A stretch of 64,000 bases of DNA from Macrostomum lignano (Eukaryota): contig NIVC01000059.1 in assembly GCA_002269645.1 (NCBI GenBank), positions 682,001 to 746,000 of the forward strand, given 5' to 3'. Below the pieces are notes generated by a model that was given only the letters and a program-made list of their open reading frames with translations, searched no databases and was not told the origin of the DNA. Below are positions 61,481 to 64,000 of this stretch, piece by piece; within the stretch, counting starts at the first letter, position 1, and each line of letters opens with the position of its first letter. Position numbers and translations under genes: made by a program.

Positions 61481-63133
61481 ATGTACAGACCAGTCAGCAG
61501 CATTGGCCCTCAGACCAGTGTTGATCCGATGGAAGTTATGGAAACTCTAGTCGCTATGGAGCAGCGGTTTCGCCAAGTGTTCCAACAGATACTGATAGAC
61601 ACGGATTTCCCGCTGAAGTACGACGTCGCTTCTAACGAGGCAGACGGACCACTGTTCTTCGTGTTCACGAAGCAGCCAACGTCTTTAACCTACGTGATCG
61701 AAGCGCTCCCGGTTGTTTTCGACCAATCAGCATCAAAAGCGCATGTTAAACGAGTCGAAGAGCTGACCTATCACCCAGTGTTTGAAGATGTGATTGAAAG
61801 GTACACCAAAACCCGGAGGAAACCAAACCCAGTCATCCTGGAGACTAGGTCTGCCGATTTTTGCTACATGGTTACTATCAAGATCGAAGTGCTGCCACTT
61901 GACCGTAGTGTACGAGCGGTGAATTTCACTCTACTGCGCGAGTACCAGATCCTGCTTCACATTTGGGAGAGCTACAGAAGCGACCTCAACGCTAATAAGT
62001 GCAACTCTGATCAGCTGATCGGCTTCCCGATGCCATTCGAATTTCGAAACATCGAGGGCACAAAATACGATCTTCCGCACGGCCACAGCTGGGAGTATTA
62101 TAGCCCGTTTGGTAAGCTTGAATCTCTGCAGCGAGTCTCCTTGACGTCTATAACATCCAGCAAGAACAGTCGGCCGATCAAGTCAACTCTGAGCTACATG
62201 TCCATAGAGAAAGTCGGGCCCAGCCTCAGCTACCTAATGGATCTGATGCTGTCGCAGCGCAAGTTTTTCAACATGTCCTCGGCGCTGAAAATCTACGACC
62301 AGCTTATCTGCCGACTATTAGTGATGCACAAATACTCGGTTATTCATGGCGACATCAATCCGTCGGCGTTATGTTTTGGCACCGGTGAGGCCGTCAATGT
62401 GCTCTATTTAAACAATTTCGAGGCCGCCTTGCTGGCGCCCACATTCGGCCTACCGCTGCCTTTCTTTCACGACCGCTTCGTCTCGTACAGCCGTGTGAAG
62501 GACAAATCGGTCCACTTCATCCACGACCTCGAGTCAGCTTTCTACGTGTTCCTATACTTGATGCTTGGCCGACTGCCGTGGGACTCTCGTCTGGGCGTTA
62601 GCGAAACTGAGAGTTCGACTGTTGCGCCCGTTGGCGTCGACATCTCGGTCAATGATTTCCGCTCAGAGAAGAGTCGCACCATGGAGGAGAAGGAAAAGTT
62701 CTGGCAGTCGTCTAATCAACTGCTGTGGATGGTGAAGTCAATAGACACAGAGTTCAGGGACTCCATGTATCGGAACTTTGCGTCCGACATTGTGGAGGCG
62801 ATCTATGCCAGAGTAAAGGAGAGCATGTCCACTTGCCAGTCGCTTAGTCAGTCTGCCTACGCGAAGAGTGTCTTCATCACCGGCACGGCTCCTTACAATG
62901 CCTACTTTGGTGTTAGAAAGATAATTGCCAGTTTCTTCCGCTTTGAGTCGCGAAGCAACGCCTTGAAAGATCCGGTGTGGTCAGCCAAGACCGACATGCT
63001 GTTTAAGGAGGACGCTAACGACCGTCGCATAGCCTGGGATTTGAGCTCCTGGTGCTGGAACTACTTGGAAGCCGATGCCAATTCTGTTAAACGACAGTCG
63101 TCAAGGAAGTCGCAGATCGTCGTTAGTTCATAA
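61481..63133 (+). CDS. Intronless casein kinase 1-family probable pseudokinase (550 aa from ATG 61481)
   Basis: VTIKIE, VGPSLSYL, IHGDINPSA, LYLNNFE, HDLESAFYVFLYLMLGRLPW align to CK1 [50 protein letters not shown]. Confidence 0.8.
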   Translation: MYRPVSSIGPQTSVDPMEVMETLVAMEQRFRQVFQQILIDTDFPLKYDVASNEADGPLFFVFTKQPTSLTYVIEALPVVFDQSASKAHVKRVEELTYHPVFEDVIERYTKTRRKPNPVILETRSADFCYMVTIKIEVLPLDRSVRAVNFTLLREYQILLHIWESYRSDLNANKCNSDQLIGFPMPFEFRNIEGTKYDLPHGHSWEYYSPFGKLESLQRVSLTSITSSKNSRPIKSTLSYMSIEKVGPSLSYLMDLMLSQRKFFNMSSALKIYDQLICRLLVMHKYSVIHGDINPSALCFGTGEAVNVLYLNNFEAALLAPTFGLPLPFFHDRFVSYSRVKDKSVHFIHDLESAFYVFLYLMLGRLPWDSRLGVSETESSTVAPVGVDISVNDFRSEKSRTMEEKEKFWQSSNQLLWMVKSIDTEFRDSMYRNFASDIVEAIYARVKESMSTCQSLSQSAYAKSVFITGTAPYNAYFGVRKIIASFFRFESRSNALKDPVWSAKTDMLFKEDANDRRIAWDLSSWCWNYLEADANSVKRQSSRKSQIVVSS

Positions 63134-64000
63134 TCAGACAGTTTGGTCAGAAAACCAGGTTCATTCGAACACTTCCGACGTCAGCTTTAGGATACTTTAT
63201 TAGGTCTAGGGCATTTCTTATCAGATGGCATACAAGTAGCGTGTCACAATGGTACCGATTCTGATTATTGCATCTAAGCATAGGTTTTTTATTTAGAATC
63301 TCTGCGTCTAGAGCGTATATGCAGTCTTTTCTTCTAAGCTTTTTCTAAATATATGGTCAGTCTGATTCGTTTGAGAATCAGCAGCTAAGTAGCCATTTGA
63401 AATAGCGCTTATAACTCTAAAATTCATATTTTTCTGCATTAATTATCTTGGATCTGTGGCTAATTTTTTATGCGTAATGTCAGAATGGAATGAAAATTGT
63501 CATTGTCCGGCGCTGTACGCTCATTAGTTAACTCTTGGAAATCATTGCGTACGGCTACTGAGTATTCATTCATGAGACAATGCGCTTGGTTATGAATGGT
63601 TTTGGAGGTTAACAGTATTTACGTAAATACGAGTATACGAGCCTGATTTTTCACGAGTGACTAGAATTAAGAGTAATCACTCTCCAACCCTCAAAACCCA
63701 AAACCATATACAAAATCTACCATCGTTGGTTTGGTTCTTGCCCCTAGTTCACAATTGAACTCAAAAATGTTGAAAAAGTGTAAAAAGTACAAACTAAAAT
63801 GAACCTAAAACAGTAGTAACCTTTTACGAGGTTCAGTAAAGTAATTAATGGTTTCACTTGATTAAAACTCTACTTTTTTGTTTAGTTGAACCAAAATTGT
63901 CATACTGTATTTGTTAATACCTCTCGCCTCTTTGCTATTGGCCTACTACAATTTACAGTTTAATTTGATTTATGGTTCTCCCAGTCTTCTCGCTTTTTGG

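Overview
This is animal (eukaryotic) genomic DNA, not prokaryotic: it has spliced GT-AG genes, TTAGGG-type repeats, SINE/LINE/Helitron/hAT/mariner elements and abundant 21-33 bp minisatellites. The style resembles a repeat-rich invertebrate such as a Macrostomum-like flatworm; this is an unverified inference. Genes that can be reconstructed: (1) three tandem TNF-receptor-like genes with a single BCMA/TACI/Grindelwald-type cysteine-rich domain, a TM helix and no death domain (0.6-7.1 kb, +); (2) a convergent IAP gene (BIR-BIR-UBA-RING) with atypical BIRs and an unusual N-terminal extension (14.6-16.4 kb, -); (3) DCN1/DCUN1D (35.1-38.2 kb, -; start exon not located); (4) an EXT1-like exostosin with 7 exons and a degenerate C-terminal GT64 domain (49.6-59.4 kb, +); (5) an intronless CK1-family pseudokinase (61.5-63.1 kb, +). 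Between them lie a ~10 kb head-to-tail train of non-autonomous Helitron-like elements carrying satellites, a 5'-truncated RT/RNase H LINE, several MITEs and a ~11 kb CpG desert. The best candidate for an undescribed system is the TNFR-like triplet linked to a non-canonical IAP. Most long ORFs in the supplied track are artefacts of tandem repeats. All alignments and counts were done by eye.
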